Assembly: GCA_035625875.1 (NCBI GenBank)
Contig: DASPOT010000304.1
Location: forward strand, 1,891-65,890
Length of the DNA stretch: 64,000 bases
Direction: 5' to 3'
Source of the DNA: Mycobacterium sp.
GTDB taxonomy: Bacteria > Actinomycetota > Actinomycetes > Mycobacteriales > Mycobacteriaceae
Shown: positions 8,192 through 18,805 of the stretch, in pieces
Layout of the letters: each line of letters begins with the position of its first letter
How positions within the stretch are numbered: the first letter of the stretch is position 1
Notes under the pieces: model-generated
Databases searched by the model: none
Told to the model about the DNA's origin: nothing
What the model saw: the letters and a program-made list of their open reading frames with translations, nothing else
Made by a program: the position numbers and the translations under genes

Positions 8192-9894
8192 GACGGCTCA
8201 CCCACTAGGAGGTCGACACCTTCCCTGCTTCGGAGATAGCTGCGTCTCGCCTCGGCGAGCGCGTTGCCGAGAGCGTCGAGCCGTTGCTCGAACTCGTCGT
8301 CGTCGACGGCATCGACGAACGCATCGAAAACCTCGTTCTCGAAATCGAAGTCGTCGTCGACCCGGCCGAGGATCATGTCAAGTTCACCGACGACGAGTTC
8401 GAACAGGTTGATCTTTGCCTCAAGCACGTGCATGACCTGTTGTTCGATGCTGCCCCGGCAGACCAGGTTGGTCAGCGTCACGTCGTGTTCCTGTCCGACC
8501 CGGTGCAGCCGGCCAAGCCGCTGCTCGATCTGCATCGGGTTCCACGGCAGATCGAAGTTCACCATCACATGGCAGAACTGGAGGTTGCGACCCTCACCCG
8601 CCGACTCGGTCGACAGCAGGATCGGCGTTTCGGCGCGGAACTCCGCGATCGCCGACTCCTTCTCCGTCCGCGTGAGGCTGCCGTACAACGCCGACGACAG
8701 CCCGGCACGCTCGACCGTAGCGATGAGCACATCCAGTGTCTGCCGAAAGCCGGTGAACACCAACACCTTCTCGTCCCTGTCGACGTGGCGTCGAAGGAGC
8801 TCGACGAGCACACACACCTTGTCTGGTTGCCGGATGGCTCGGGCCCGTTCCGCGAGGTCGTTCCAGCCGAGCTTCGCCAGCGTCGGTGCGGCTGCCGCGG
8901 GGCTGGAGCCGGCTAGCCGGGTCAGGCCGCGCAGGGCCAACCGGGTGCGTCCCGACCCAGTTGCCGCTGCCCTGACTCGCCGGACGATGTCGGCGTAGAG
9001 GCCGGCCTCGTCGATGCCGGGCGTCACCAAGATCGTCTCGGCCAGGCGCGGCGGCAGCATCACGGCAACCTCGCTGCGGCGATGTCTGACCATCACCTCT
9101 CGGGTCCGTGCGCGCAGCTCCTCGAGGTTGTACGGTCTCGACTCGACCGACGCCGCGCCATGTTTGGCGCGGAACTGGGCGGGTGTGCCGAGCAGTCCGG
9201 GCGCGACGAGGCTGACTAGCTGGTACAGGTCCGACAGCTTGTTCTCCACCGGCGTTGCGGTCAGCATCAGCAGATAACGGGCGCGGAGCCTGCGCGCGAG
9301 CATGCCCGACGCGCTTCGGGGGTTGCGGAGCCGGTGAGCCTCGTCGAAGATCACCAGGTCCCAGTTGGTGTCGGTCAGCCTACCCAGCAGTGGATCGCGG
9401 CGAGCGGCGGCGAGCGACGCGATAGTGACCGGCCGGTCCATCCCAATCTCGCGGGCGGGTGTCGACCCGGATTGGGCGATCGTGGTCGGCAACCCGAACT
9501 TCCGCTCGAGTTCGTCGCGCCATTGGTCGACAAGTCCCGCCAGAACGATCACCAGCACTTGGTCGGCGAGCCCGCGCATGCGTAGCTCGGACAGCGCCAA
9601 CCCGGCCTCGATCGTCTTGCCGAGCCCGACCTCGTCGGCCAGGATGCCCCGGCCGCGCATCCGCCGCAGCACGGTCCGCGCGGCCCGCAGCTGATAGTCG
9701 AACGGCTCGAACCGCAACCGCGGTATCGCAAGGAAGGTGTCGAACCCCGGCCGTGCCCAGACTTTGACGGCGTCATCGACGATCGCGGACCAATCCGGCT
9801 GCGGCCGTGCGCCATTGCGCAGCCGTGCCAGCAATGGTAGGTAGGCGGACAGGTCTGCTGTGGACGTCTCGCCGGCGGCGATCGTGACGGTCAT
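8188..9894 (-). CDS. SNF2/RapA-like SF2 ATPase (YqhH-like)
   Basis: GILADEVGLGKT, DEAH, LTATP, STESAGEGRNLQ, WNPMQIEQRLGRLHRVGQ. GGAGG RBS before ATG 9894. Confidence 0.92.
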   Translation of the reverse strand: MTVTIAAGETSTADLSAYLPLLARLRNGARPQPDWSAIVDDAVKVWARPGFDTFLAIPRLRFEPFDYQLRAARTVLRRMRGRGILADEVGLGKTIEAGLALSELRMRGLADQVLVIVLAGLVDQWRDELERKFGLPTTIAQSGSTPAREIGMDRPVTIASLAAARRDPLLGRLTDTNWDLVIFDEAHRLRNPRSASGMLARRLRARYLLMLTATPVENKLSDLYQLVSLVAPGLLGTPAQFRAKHGAASVESRPYNLEELRARTREVMVRHRRSEVAVMLPPRLAETILVTPGIDEAGLYADIVRRVRAAATGSGRTRLALRGLTRLAGSSPAAAAPTLAKLGWNDLAERARAIRQPDKVCVLVELLRRHVDRDEKVLVFTGFRQTLDVLIATVERAGLSSALYGSLTRTEKESAIAEFRAETPILLSTESAGEGRNLQFCHVMVNFDLPWNPMQIEQRLGRLHRVGQEHDVTLTNLVCRGSIEQQVMHVLEAKINLFELVVGELDMILGRVDDDFDFENEVFDAFVDAVDDDEFEQRLDALGNALAEARRSYLRSREGVDLLVGEPS

Positions 9895-10034
9895 GCGGCC
9901 TCCCCACGACCTGGTGCGTGCTTGCTTGCGCTGGACGGTACCGGCGACCACCGACACGACCCACGACCCACGGCCCACGCCGATGTGTGACGAATGAGGC
10001 GGATGCGATTCTCGGGATACCCGGCCTGACAAAA

Positions 10035-10406
10035 TCAGATCAGCGTCAGGTTACGCGCGCTGGCGTGGCGGAAAGCGTCAATGGGAAGCGACTGATCGAG
10101 AGTCGCGAACCGGCCGCCGTTGGCGGTTGCGAGCGCGAGTAGATATGCGTCGGTTACCTGGCGATGCCCGCGCAACCGCGAGTAATCGGTAAGCGCGTCG
10201 TCGAGCAGGCTGACCGAACATAGCCGGTACTCGTGATGTTCAGTCGCCGCGGCGCGTGCCAACCTACCGATCGCCTGTGCAGGTGGCACCGGGCTGGGGT
10301 TTCGAGGCTGGCTGGTGATCCGAACGAAGCCGTTTTGGGTTATTGCCACGAATGCCCAGCCGTGGACGATCTCGGTGTCGACCCACCTGCGAACACGCTC
10401 GTGGTC
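10035..10406 (-). pseudogene. N-terminally truncated VapC (PIN-domain) toxin
   Basis: W..AITQNGFVRI.SQP, HRQVTDAYLLALA..GGRFATLD. The first catalytic Asp segment is missing and no antitoxin is adjacent. Confidence 0.75.
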
Positions 10407-10804
10407 GACCAACACCGACCCGATCGCCGAGGCGCTGTCGCTGGCCGAAACCGTTGGCGCTGTGGTCACGTCGTTCGTCGCACACCCGGCGACGGTGCTT
10501 GCGCTGAGGAAGGTGAAAAGCAGACCGGCAGCAACCAGCCGCTGTGCTCAGCCTCGACGCGAGCCAGCCGACGCAACACCAGGTGCTCGGCGTCCCGCTG
10601 ATCCCGTCGCCCGCGGTGGCCGAGGGTGATGTTTGGGGCGTCCCGCAAGCGCGCGTGCTCATCGTGTTGCGCGGGGACGTCACGCTCGACGTCGACTGCA
10701 GCGCGTACCTCAGCAGCGATCACGTCGGCGTTCGCGCAACGATTTGCGCAGGCTTTGCGTTCCCTCGTCCCGCGGCGATTGTGCGCCTGCACGACACCGC
10801 ATAG
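10404..10804 (+). pseudogene. Frameshifted C-terminal fragment of an HK97-type major capsid protein (phiRv1/phiRv2-like)
   Basis: Split across three frames: AHPATVLALRKVK / QTGSNQPL / QVLGVPLIPSPAV..SSDHVGVRATICAGFAFPRPAAIVRL. Confidence 0.65.
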
Positions 10805-10915
10805 CCCGCGGCCTGGCGTTGGACCCGTCACCCCCTTTCCGGGTCAAAGGGCCGCCATCGCGGACACCTGCGCCAACGCCGTCACTTCACGAACGCCCCG
10901 CAGCGCCGCGCGCTG

Positions 10916-11290
10916 TCAGCCCGCCCGCTGTGGGGGCGCTTCCAACCGTTGCGCCGCAATACAACCCGGCCGCCTGGCCATCCCACTCGGTGCCGCCGGG
11001 CCGGCGCGCGGATCCCGCAGCCGGGTGAAGGCGTTCTCCGTCAGCTCGCCGGCGCCGTCGTAGTAGTCGGCGGCCCCCAGCAGGTGATCGAAGCTGGCCG
11101 ACACCACCTCCGAAAGCGTCGGCAGTCCCGCGCCGAAGAACGCGGCAGGCATCAAACGATTCCCGGCTTGCCCAGGTCACCGAGCTTGGCCGCCGACTCG
11201 ACGTCCTGGCGCTCGTAGCCGGCGGCGGCCAGGGTGAGCTTGGTCTCGGTCGCCTGCATCCGGGTGGCAAATGCGGCCAGGGCCTTGCCG
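10916..11290 (-). pseudogene. Decayed pair of ESX/WXG100-like substrate genes
   Basis: [31 protein letters not shown] (Yxxx(D/E) tail), then [16 protein letters not shown]..and a frameshifted WDGQAA. Confidence 0.45.
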
Positions 11291-11316
11291 GTGCAGGCAT
11301 TCGAGACCTTGACGGT

Positions 11317-11598
11317 AACGCGGTCAACGCCGGGCTGCCCGCGATGACCGTTCCCGACGCCACCGCCGTTTTCCGTGAGGGCGACGTCGGCAGTTTCGAC
11401 CTTTCGACCGGTGCTTGGCGCAACGAGACCACCGGAGCATCGGGGACGGTACCCAAACTGCCCGACCTGATCCTCGACATCATTGCCAGCGGCGGGGTGC
11501 TGCCCCGACTGGCGGCGCAGGGCTATCTACCCGCTGACCTCGGAGACCTGTTGCGGTCCAGCGCCGTTCAGATGCGAGGGGCGGGGAGCAGCGCATGA
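11317..11598 (+). pseudogene. C-terminal fragment of a LeuD-like (aconitase swivel) small subunit
   Basis: NAVNAGLP...DIIASGGVL. The N-terminal part is absent. Confidence 0.6.
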
Positions 11599-12157
11599 AC
11601 CTGCCGGGCAGGCTGCTGTATCAGGTCCGGGCCGGCGAGCAGCGCAGCCCGTTCGCCGATTTCGTCGCACCGGTCACCATCATGGTTAGCAGCACGGCAT
11701 TCGCCGACGGCGGACCGATGCCGCCGTCCAGCGCGGGAGAGGGCGTCGGCGACAACATCTCGCCACCGCTGCGCTGAGCCGGGCCGCCACCTGGAACCCG
11801 GCAAGTGTTACTCGTCATGGACGACATCGACGTGCCACTGCCCCGCCCGTTGCCGCATACCATCGCCGTGATCGACCCGAGCCTGGACGGTGTCGCGGCG
11901 GGTGCGTTGCATCCGGGAACGGTGGAATGCGGTTCATCCCAGCGGTTTTCGATCGTCGCGGCTATGCGGGCCCGCGCCCAATACCCGGCCATGGCCCGCA
12001 CCGCTACCGATTTCAGGCGTTCGCAATGGATGCACCCATTCCCGACAGGGTGACAACGGCCAAGGCGCTGCTGGCGACGATGCCGGGCCATGTCCTGGCC
12101 CGCGGCGTACTGACCGGAACTTACCAACGCACCACCCGATCGGTAGCCGAAGCATGA
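11595..12157 (+). pseudogene. YbhB/YbcL (PEBP/RKIP-like) pseudogene
   Basis: SSTAFADGG..NISPPLR* (TGA where Trp is expected), DDIDVP, frameshift, then YAGPRPIPGHGPHRYRFQAFA. Confidence 0.8.
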
Positions 12158-12319
12158 CCGGATTAACTTTCGAGTTGGCGCGGCGAGCGACCGCGCTGAT
12201 GTTCGACCAATTGACAGCCGACGTTAGTGCATTCTGGATTGGCTAGGGGTCACCATCGCCGGCAGCCAAGAGCCAGCGCCCACCCCGCAAAGGGTGCGGA
12301 CTATCACCGAAGCTGAGCC

Positions 12320-14362
12320 CTACTCCTCAGGGATTTCGCGTTCGATCTCGTCGAGCCAAGTCCGCGCCGACATGTCGGACGGAGCGCGCCAGTCCCCGCG
12401 CGGCGACAATGCACCGCCGTGAGACACTTTGGGGCCGTTGGGCAGTGCCGAACGCTTGAATTGGCTGAAAGAGTAGAACCGCTGCACGAAGACCTGCAGC
12501 CAGTGCCGAATCTCCTTGAGTGAGTACGACAGTCGCTTGTCCTCCGGGAAGCCGGGCGGCCAATTACCGCGCTCGGGATCGCTCCACGCATGCCAGGCCA
12601 GAAACGCGATCTTCGACGGCAGGAATCCGTAGCGCAGGACCTGGAACAGCGAAAAATCCTGCAGCGCGAACGGCCCGACCTTCGCCTCGCTGCTCTGAAG
12701 TTTCTCCTCCTCACCGGTTGGAACCAGTTCCGGGGTGATCTCAGTGTCGAGCACCGACTGCAGCACCTCGCATACCTGCGCGTCGAACTGACCGGACGAG
12801 ATGACCCAGCGGATCAGGTGCTGGACCAGCGTCTTGGGCACACCGGCGTTGACGTTGTAGTGCGACATCTGGTCGCCGACACCGTATGTCGACCAGCCCA
12901 GCCCCAGCTCCGACAGGTCACCGGTGCCGAGCACGATGCCGCGGCGCTGGTTGGCGACTCGGAACAGATAGTCGGTGCGCAGGCCCGCCTGGACGTTCTC
13001 GAAGGTGACGTCGTAGACTTCCTCGCCGCGCGAAAAGGGGTGACCGATCGTGGAGAGCATCAGCCTAGCGGTGTCGCGGATGTCGATTTCGGAGAAGGTG
13101 ACACCCAGTGCCCGCGAAAGTCTGACCGCGTTGTTTTTGGTGCGCTCCCCCGTCGCGAAGCCGGGCAGCGTGAACGCCAGAATGTCGCTGCGCGGGCGGT
13201 TTTCGCGGTCCATCGCGCGAGCGGCGACGACCAGTGCGTGCGTCGAGTCAAGCCCTCCGGAAACACCGATGACGACCTTCGGGTAGTTCAGCGCGCGCAG
13301 CCGCTGCTCGAGCCCGGCGACTTGGATGTTGTAGCCCTCGTAGCAGTCCTGTTGCAGTCGCGCCGGATCGGACGGCACGAACGGGAACCGCTCGACCGAA
13401 CGCCGCAATCCGATGTCGCCGACCGGTGGGTCTACCCGGAACTCGATCCGGCGGAATGACTCCGCTAGCGCCCGGTGGTGGCGGCGATTGTCGTCGAAGG
13501 TGCCCATCCGCAGCCGTTGGGACCGCAGCAGCTCGGTGTCGACGTCGGCAACCGAACGGCGCTCGCCCTTGGGAAACCGCTCAGATTCGGCAAGCAACAC
13601 CCCGTTTTCCCAGATCATCGTCTGACCATCCCAGGCCAAGTCGGTCGTCGACTCGCCCTCCCCCGCGGCGGCATACACGTAGGCGGCCAGGCATCGTGCC
13701 GACGCCGAGCGGGCCAGCAGGGAGCGGTCCTCGGCGCGGCCGATCGTGATCGGGCTGCCCGACAGGTTGGCCAGCACCGTCGCACCCGCTAGCGCCGCCT
13801 CCGCACTGGGCGGCACCGGCACGAACATGTCCTCACAGATTTCGACGTGCAGCACGAAGCCGGGCAGATCGGACGCGGCGAACAGCAGGTCGGGGCCGAA
13901 CGGAACCTCAGCATCGCCGATCCGGATCACCCCGTGTTCGCCGTCTCCGGGGGCGACCTGGCGGCGCTCGTAGAACTCCCGGTACGTAGGTAGATACGAC
14001 TTGGGCGCCACCCCGAGCACGACGCCGCGGTGGATGATGACCGCAGTGTTGTAAATGCGGTGCCGGAAGCGCAGCGGCGCGCCGACAACGAGTACCGGCA
14101 GCAAGTCGGTGGAGGCCGCGACGATGTCGAGCAGTGCGACCTCGACGGCGTCGAGCAGGGCATCCTGCAACAAGATGTCCTCGATCGAGTAGCCGGACAG
14201 CGTCAGCTCCGGAAACACGGCGAGCGCGGCGCCGTCGTCGTCGCACTCTCGGGCCAAACGTAATACCGACACGGCATTGGCCGCCGGGTCACCGATTGTG
14301 GTGCGATGCGTGCACGCGGCGACGCGCACGAACCCGTGGCTATACGCGGAATAGAAGTCCAT
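12320..14362 (-). CDS. nadE: Glutamine-dependent NAD+ synthetase
   Basis: Nitrilase domain (FPEL, PKSY, EICED) plus SGGLDST synthetase domain. Confidence 0.97.
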   Translation of the reverse strand: MDFYSAYSHGFVRVAACTHRTTIGDPAANAVSVLRLARECDDDGAALAVFPELTLSGYSIEDILLQDALLDAVEVALLDIVAASTDLLPVLVVGAPLRFRHRIYNTAVIIHRGVVLGVAPKSYLPTYREFYERRQVAPGDGEHGVIRIGDAEVPFGPDLLFAASDLPGFVLHVEICEDMFVPVPPSAEAALAGATVLANLSGSPITIGRAEDRSLLARSASARCLAAYVYAAAGEGESTTDLAWDGQTMIWENGVLLAESERFPKGERRSVADVDTELLRSQRLRMGTFDDNRRHHRALAESFRRIEFRVDPPVGDIGLRRSVERFPFVPSDPARLQQDCYEGYNIQVAGLEQRLRALNYPKVVIGVSGGLDSTHALVVAARAMDRENRPRSDILAFTLPGFATGERTKNNAVRLSRALGVTFSEIDIRDTARLMLSTIGHPFSRGEEVYDVTFENVQAGLRTDYLFRVANQRRGIVLGTGDLSELGLGWSTYGVGDQMSHYNVNAGVPKTLVQHLIRWVISSGQFDAQVCEVLQSVLDTEITPELVPTGEEEKLQSSEAKVGPFALQDFSLFQVLRYGFLPSKIAFLAWHAWSDPERGNWPPGFPEDKRLSYSLKEIRHWLQVFVQRFYSFSQFKRSALPNGPKVSHGGALSPRGDWRAPSDMSARTWLDEIEREIPEE

Positions 14363-14491
14363 CGTCCTCTATTGTCGCGTGCGGGGAGTCACGATCCGGT
14401 GACGGGGCATGCACAGCTGATGAGCAGTCGTCCGCGCCGCACTCGACGACGTGCTGTCTCGACACGCTTTAGTCTCGTTAGTCTTGGACGC

Positions 14492-15349
14492 GTGGAGGTT
14501 CCGCGCATTCAATCCCCCGAACTGGTCGCGGCGCTGGCGGGTCACGGGGTCGCGGTGCTGACCGGCGCTGGGATCTCCACCGACTCTGGCATACCCGACT
14601 ATCGTGGCCCGGATTCGCCGCCGAGCAATCCGATGACGATCCGCCAGTTCACCTCTGATCCGGCTTTCCGGCAGCGATACTGGGCACGCAACCACATCGG
14701 CTGGCGGCACATGGACGACACGCGGCCCAATGCCGGTCACCGCGCGTTGGCGGCGCTGGAGCGGACCGGGGTGGTGACGGGCGTGATCACCCAGAACGTC
14801 GACCTGTTGCACACCAAGGCAGGCAGCCGAACCGTCGTCAACCTGCACGGGACCTACGCGCAGGTGGTGTGCCTGGCTTGCGGCTACACCATGAGCCGCG
14901 CCGCACTGGCCCAGCAGCTGGAGGCGCTCAACCCGGGATTCGTCAAACGCACCGAAGCGATCGGCGGACTAGCGGTGGCTCCCGACGCCGATGCCGTCGT
15001 CACCGACACCGCGTCATTCCGCTACCTCGACTGTCCGTCCTGCAGCGGCATGCTCAAGCCCGATATCGTCTATTTCGGTGAGAATGTTCCGAAAGACCGT
15101 GTGGCACAGGCTTATTCACTGATCGAGGATGCTGAAGTTCTGCTGGTTGCGGGCTCGTCGCTGACGGTGTTCTCCGGCTACCGGTTCGTGCGCCACGCCG
15201 CGGCGCTCGGCATCCCGATCGCCATCATCAATCGGGGCCGCACCCGTGGCGACGACTTGGCTACCATCAAGGTCGACGGTGGCTGCTCAGAAATGCTGGC
15301 GCTGCTGGCCGACGAGCTCTCGTTGCAGAAATCGACGTTATCGTGTTAG
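14492..15349 (+). CDS. Sir2-family NAD-dependent deacylase, class II (SIRT4-like)
   Basis: GAGISTDSGIPDYRG, RYWARN..GW, TQNVD, LHG, CxxC pairs, LKPDIVYFGE. TAGTCT 7 nt before GTG suggests a leaderless transcript. Confidence 0.92.
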   Translation: MEVPRIQSPELVAALAGHGVAVLTGAGISTDSGIPDYRGPDSPPSNPMTIRQFTSDPAFRQRYWARNHIGWRHMDDTRPNAGHRALAALERTGVVTGVITQNVDLLHTKAGSRTVVNLHGTYAQVVCLACGYTMSRAALAQQLEALNPGFVKRTEAIGGLAVAPDADAVVTDTASFRYLDCPSCSGMLKPDIVYFGENVPKDRVAQAYSLIEDAEVLLVAGSSLTVFSGYRFVRHAAALGIPIAIINRGRTRGDDLATIKVDGGCSEMLALLADELSLQKSTLSC

Positions 15350-16492
15350 CTACTCGGCGCTTTTCCGCGCTGGCGTCGATTTCGGCGCGACCGCCACCAG
15401 GTCGTCGGCGTGCACCGCGGGCCTGCGCAGCTCGGCGGGCAGCTCGGACGTCGACCGTCCCATCATGGTCGCCAGTTCGGGCGCGTCGTAGGCGACCACA
15501 CCACGGGCCACCATGGTGGCGTCCGGCCCGCGCAGTTCGACGACATCGCCTCCGTAGAACCGGCCCGACACCGCGGTGATCCCTGCGGGCAGCAACGACC
15601 TGCGTTGCCGCACCACCGCGCGCACCGCGCCCTCATCCAACGACAGCGAGCCGGCGGACTCGGCGGCATAGCGCACCCAGAATCGGCGCGCCGACATCCG
15701 GTCGGGCCGCGCGGCGAACACCGTCCCTACTGAGGCGTCAGCCAGCGCGGTCGCCGCGTCGTCGGCTGCGGCTAGCAGCACCGGCACCCCGGCATCAGCG
15801 GCCAGCAGCGCCGACGACACCTTCGACGCCATGCCACCGGTGCCCAGGTGGCCACCCTGGCCGGCGACCACACCGTCAAGGTCGTCGGGTCGGGACACCT
15901 CGGAGATGAACCTCGCGCCGGCACTCTTGCGCGGATCCGAGTCGTAGAGCCCGTCGATGTCCGACAGCAGCACCAACGCGTCGGCACCGACCAGATGCGC
16001 CACCAGCGCAGACAGCCGATCGTTGTCGCCGAACCGGATCTCCTCGGTGGCCACTGTGTCGTTCTCGTTGACGATCGCCACCGCATGCAGCGCCCGCAGC
16101 CGGTCCAGGGTGCGCTGGGCATTGGTGTGCTGCACCCGCATCGAAATATCGTGCGCGGTCAGCAGCACCTGGCCCACGGTGCGGCCATAGCGGGCAAACG
16201 CCGCGCTCCACGAATTCACCAGCGCGACCTGCCCGACGCTGGCCGCCGCCTGCTTGGTCGCCAAATCAGTTGGGCGACGCGACAACCCGAGCGGCTCGAT
16301 GCCGGCGGCAATGGCGCCGGAGGATACGATCACCACATCGGAGCCCGCCTTCATCCGCGCTTCGATGGCATCGGCGAGCCCGGCCAGCCGGCCCGCGTCG
16401 AACACACCGGATGGTGCGGTCAGCGCGGTCGTGCCGACCTTGACGACCATGCGCCGCGCTGTCCGGACGGCTTCCCGCGCAACACTAGTCAC
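15350..16492 (-). CDS. proB: Glutamate 5-kinase
   Basis: [26 protein letters not shown]-terminal PUA domain. Confidence 0.96.
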   Translation of the reverse strand: MTSVAREAVRTARRMVVKVGTTALTAPSGVFDAGRLAGLADAIEARMKAGSDVVIVSSGAIAAGIEPLGLSRRPTDLATKQAAASVGQVALVNSWSAAFARYGRTVGQVLLTAHDISMRVQHTNAQRTLDRLRALHAVAIVNENDTVATEEIRFGDNDRLSALVAHLVGADALVLLSDIDGLYDSDPRKSAGARFISEVSRPDDLDGVVAGQGGHLGTGGMASKVSSALLAADAGVPVLLAAADDAATALADASVGTVFAARPDRMSARRFWVRYAAESAGSLSLDEGAVRAVVRQRRSLLPAGITAVSGRFYGGDVVELRGPDATMVARGVVAYDAPELATMMGRSTSELPAELRRPAVHADDLVAVAPKSTPARKSAE

Positions 16493-17931
16493 GATCCGTC
16501 ACCCGGCGCGCGGCGTTGTCGACGAGCCTCTTTGCGCTCGTCAGCGCTGACGCGGTCATTGCGTTCCAGGCGCGCATCGGTGCCCCGGCCTGACATCGCG
16601 GCCTCGACGCCGGCAGGCGTTTGCGGTTCCCACTCGAACGTCGCCTCGCCGATGCTCACCGCGCAGCCGGGCCGCGCGCCCAGCCGCAGCAATTCGTCCT
16701 CGACACCCAGACGCGCCAAGCGGTCGGCGAGGTAGCCGACAGCTTCGTCGTTGCCGAAGTCGGTTTGGACGACCCAGCGCTCGGGCCGCGCGCCACGCAC
16801 CACAAAGCCGCCTTGCCCGTCCGGTTCGACGGTGAAGCCGGCATCGTCGACGGGTACCGGACGGATCACCGGCCGTCGCAGTACGGGCAACGGCTGGGCC
16901 ACGCGGTACGCCGATACCGTGCCAGCCAGCGCAAACACCAACGGCTGCAAGCCTTCTCGGGTTATCGTCGAGACGCAGAAGACCGGCCAGCCGCGCTCCG
17001 CGACGCCGTCGCGAACGAACTCGGCGAGCTCGCGGGCCTCTGGCACGTCGATCTTGTTGAGCACCACCGCCCTTGGTCGCTCGGCGAGGTCACCGAGGAC
17101 CGCATCCCCGTACAGCGTGGGCGTATACGCGGCGAGTTCGTTTTCCAGCGCGTCGACGTCGGAGACCGGGTCACGGCCCGGTTCGGCGGTGGCGCAGTCG
17201 ACGACGTGCACCAGCACCGCACACCGATCGATGTGCCGCAGGAAATCCAGGCCCAGCCCCCGGCCCTGGGATGCGCCCGGGATCAGGCCGGGCACGTCGG
17301 CGACGGTGAAGGCGTCTTCTCCCGCCGACACCACACCGAGATTGGGGACCAGCGTGGTGAAAGGGTAGTCGGCGATCTTCGGTTTGGCCGCCGAAATCGC
17401 AGACACCAGTGAGGATTTCCCGGCCGATGGGAAGCCGATCAGGCCGACGTCGGCGACGGTCTTGAGTTCCAGTGTGAGCTCGCGCTCCTGGCCCTTCTCG
17501 CCGAGCAGCGCGAAGCCCGGCGCCTTGCGGGCCCGCGACGCGAGCGCGGCATTGCCCAACCCGCCGCAACCGCCGGCGGCGGCGTCAAAGCGGGTGCCCG
17601 CGCCGACCAGGTCAGCGAGCAGCCGGCCGTTTTCGTCAAGGACGACGGTGCCGTCGGGAACCTTGACTTCGAGGTCGGCGCCGGCGGCGCCATCGCGGTT
17701 GCCGCCCATGCCGTGCTTGCCGGACGGTGCGACCAGATGCGGACGGAAGTGGAAGTCCAGCAGGGTATGCACCTGCGGGTCCACGACGAAGATGATGCTG
17801 CCGCCGCGGCCCCCGTTGCCGCCATCCGGGCCGCCGAGCGGCTTGAATTTCTCGCGATGGATCGACGCGCAGCCGTTACCGCCGGAGCCCGCCCGCGCGT
17901 GGATGGCGACGCGGTCGACAAACAGAGGCAT
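16489..17931 (-). CDS. obg: GTPase Obg/CgtA
   Basis: Gly-rich Obg fold, [22 protein letters not shown]. Confidence 0.97.
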   Translation of the reverse strand: MPLFVDRVAIHARAGSGGNGCASIHREKFKPLGGPDGGNGGRGGSIIFVVDPQVHTLLDFHFRPHLVAPSGKHGMGGNRDGAAGADLEVKVPDGTVVLDENGRLLADLVGAGTRFDAAAGGCGGLGNAALASRARKAPGFALLGEKGQERELTLELKTVADVGLIGFPSAGKSSLVSAISAAKPKIADYPFTTLVPNLGVVSAGEDAFTVADVPGLIPGASQGRGLGLDFLRHIDRCAVLVHVVDCATAEPGRDPVSDVDALENELAAYTPTLYGDAVLGDLAERPRAVVLNKIDVPEARELAEFVRDGVAERGWPVFCVSTITREGLQPLVFALAGTVSAYRVAQPLPVLRRPVIRPVPVDDAGFTVEPDGQGGFVVRGARPERWVVQTDFGNDEAVGYLADRLARLGVEDELLRLGARPGCAVSIGEATFEWEPQTPAGVEAAMSGRGTDARLERNDRVSADERKEARRQRRAPGDGS

Positions 17932-17951
17932 CGGGCTTCCTCTCACCTACC

Positions 17952-18004
17952 GCCCGGCGACGATGCGGGCCGTGCAACGGCCCGAGAAGGAGCCGGGCAA
18001 TCGA
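17952..18004 (+). repeat. Single MIRU-like interspersed repeat unit
   Basis: CCGGCGACGATGCGGGCCG..GGCCCGAGAAGGAGCCGGGCAAT matches the reverse complement of the unit arrayed at 52052-52227. Confidence 0.7.
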
Positions 18005-18058
18005 CCACGAACGTGCAGCTATTGCGAAATTTTCGCAGTAGGTGCACGCTCGCGACGC

Positions 18059-18325
18059 TCAGTCGGTCGTCCGTCCGGCGGCGACGATGCTGACGGTTTT
18101 GCGTCCGCGCTTGACGCCGAACTCCACGGCTCCGGCCGCCTTGGCGAACAATGTGTCGTCGCCGCCGCGGCCGACATTGACACCCGGATGGAATTTGGTG
18201 CCGCGCTGGCGGACCAGGATCTCGCCGGCCTTGACGACCTGCCCGCCGAACCGCTTAACGCCCAGCCGCTGGGCGGCGGAATCACGGCCGTTGCGCGAGC
18301 TAGAAGCGCCTTTCTTGTGTGCCAT
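18059..18325 (-). CDS. rpmA: 50S ribosomal protein L27
   Basis: [16 protein letters not shown]. Confidence 0.98.
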   Translation of the reverse strand: MAHKKGASSSRNGRDSAAQRLGVKRFGGQVVKAGEILVRQRGTKFHPGVNVGRGGDDTLFAKAAGAVEFGVKRGRKTVSIVAAGRTTD

Positions 18326-18339
18326 GTCTGTCGCCTCCG

Positions 18340-18651
18340 CTACTTGATGTCGGTGACCCGCAGGACCGTCAGTTGCTGACGGTGTCCCTGACGCTTGTGG
18401 TAGCCGGTCTTGTTCTTGAACTTGTGGATACGGATCTTGGGCCCCTTGATGTGCTCGAGCACCTCACCGGTCACCGCGACCTCGGCCAGTGCGTTGGCAT
18501 CGGTGGTGACGGTGGCACCGTCGACGACCAGGGCGACCGGCAGCGACACCTTCGCTCCGGGCTGCAAGTCAAGTTTCTCGACCTTGACGACATCTCCGAC
18601 CGCGACCTTGTACTGCTTGCCGCCGGTCTTGACGATTGCGTAGCTCGCCAT
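18340..18651 (-). CDS. rplU: 50S ribosomal protein L21
   Basis: [20 protein letters not shown]. Confidence 0.98.
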   Translation of the reverse strand: MASYAIVKTGGKQYKVAVGDVVKVEKLDLQPGAKVSLPVALVVDGATVTTDANALAEVAVTGEVLEHIKGPKIRIHKFKNKTGYHKRQGHRQQLTVLRVTDIK

Positions 18652-18765
18652 CGTTGCGTGTACCTCTTCCGTTCCCTGCTTCGCGCGCGTGCTACCGGCG
18701 GTGCGCGTGGGTGGTCTGGGGGTGCGCCGGCACGGTCCGATTGCCTGCCTGGCGACAACTGCTCA

Positions 18766-18795
18766 AGGGTACGTGACCAGCGGCTAAAGGGTCAA
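18766..18795 (-). promoter_or_regulatory. Probable SigA-type promoter for rplU-rpmA
   Basis: TTGACC-N18-TACCCT on the minus strand, upstream of rplU. Confidence 0.5.
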
Positions 18796-18805
18796 ACCGA
18801 CCGGA

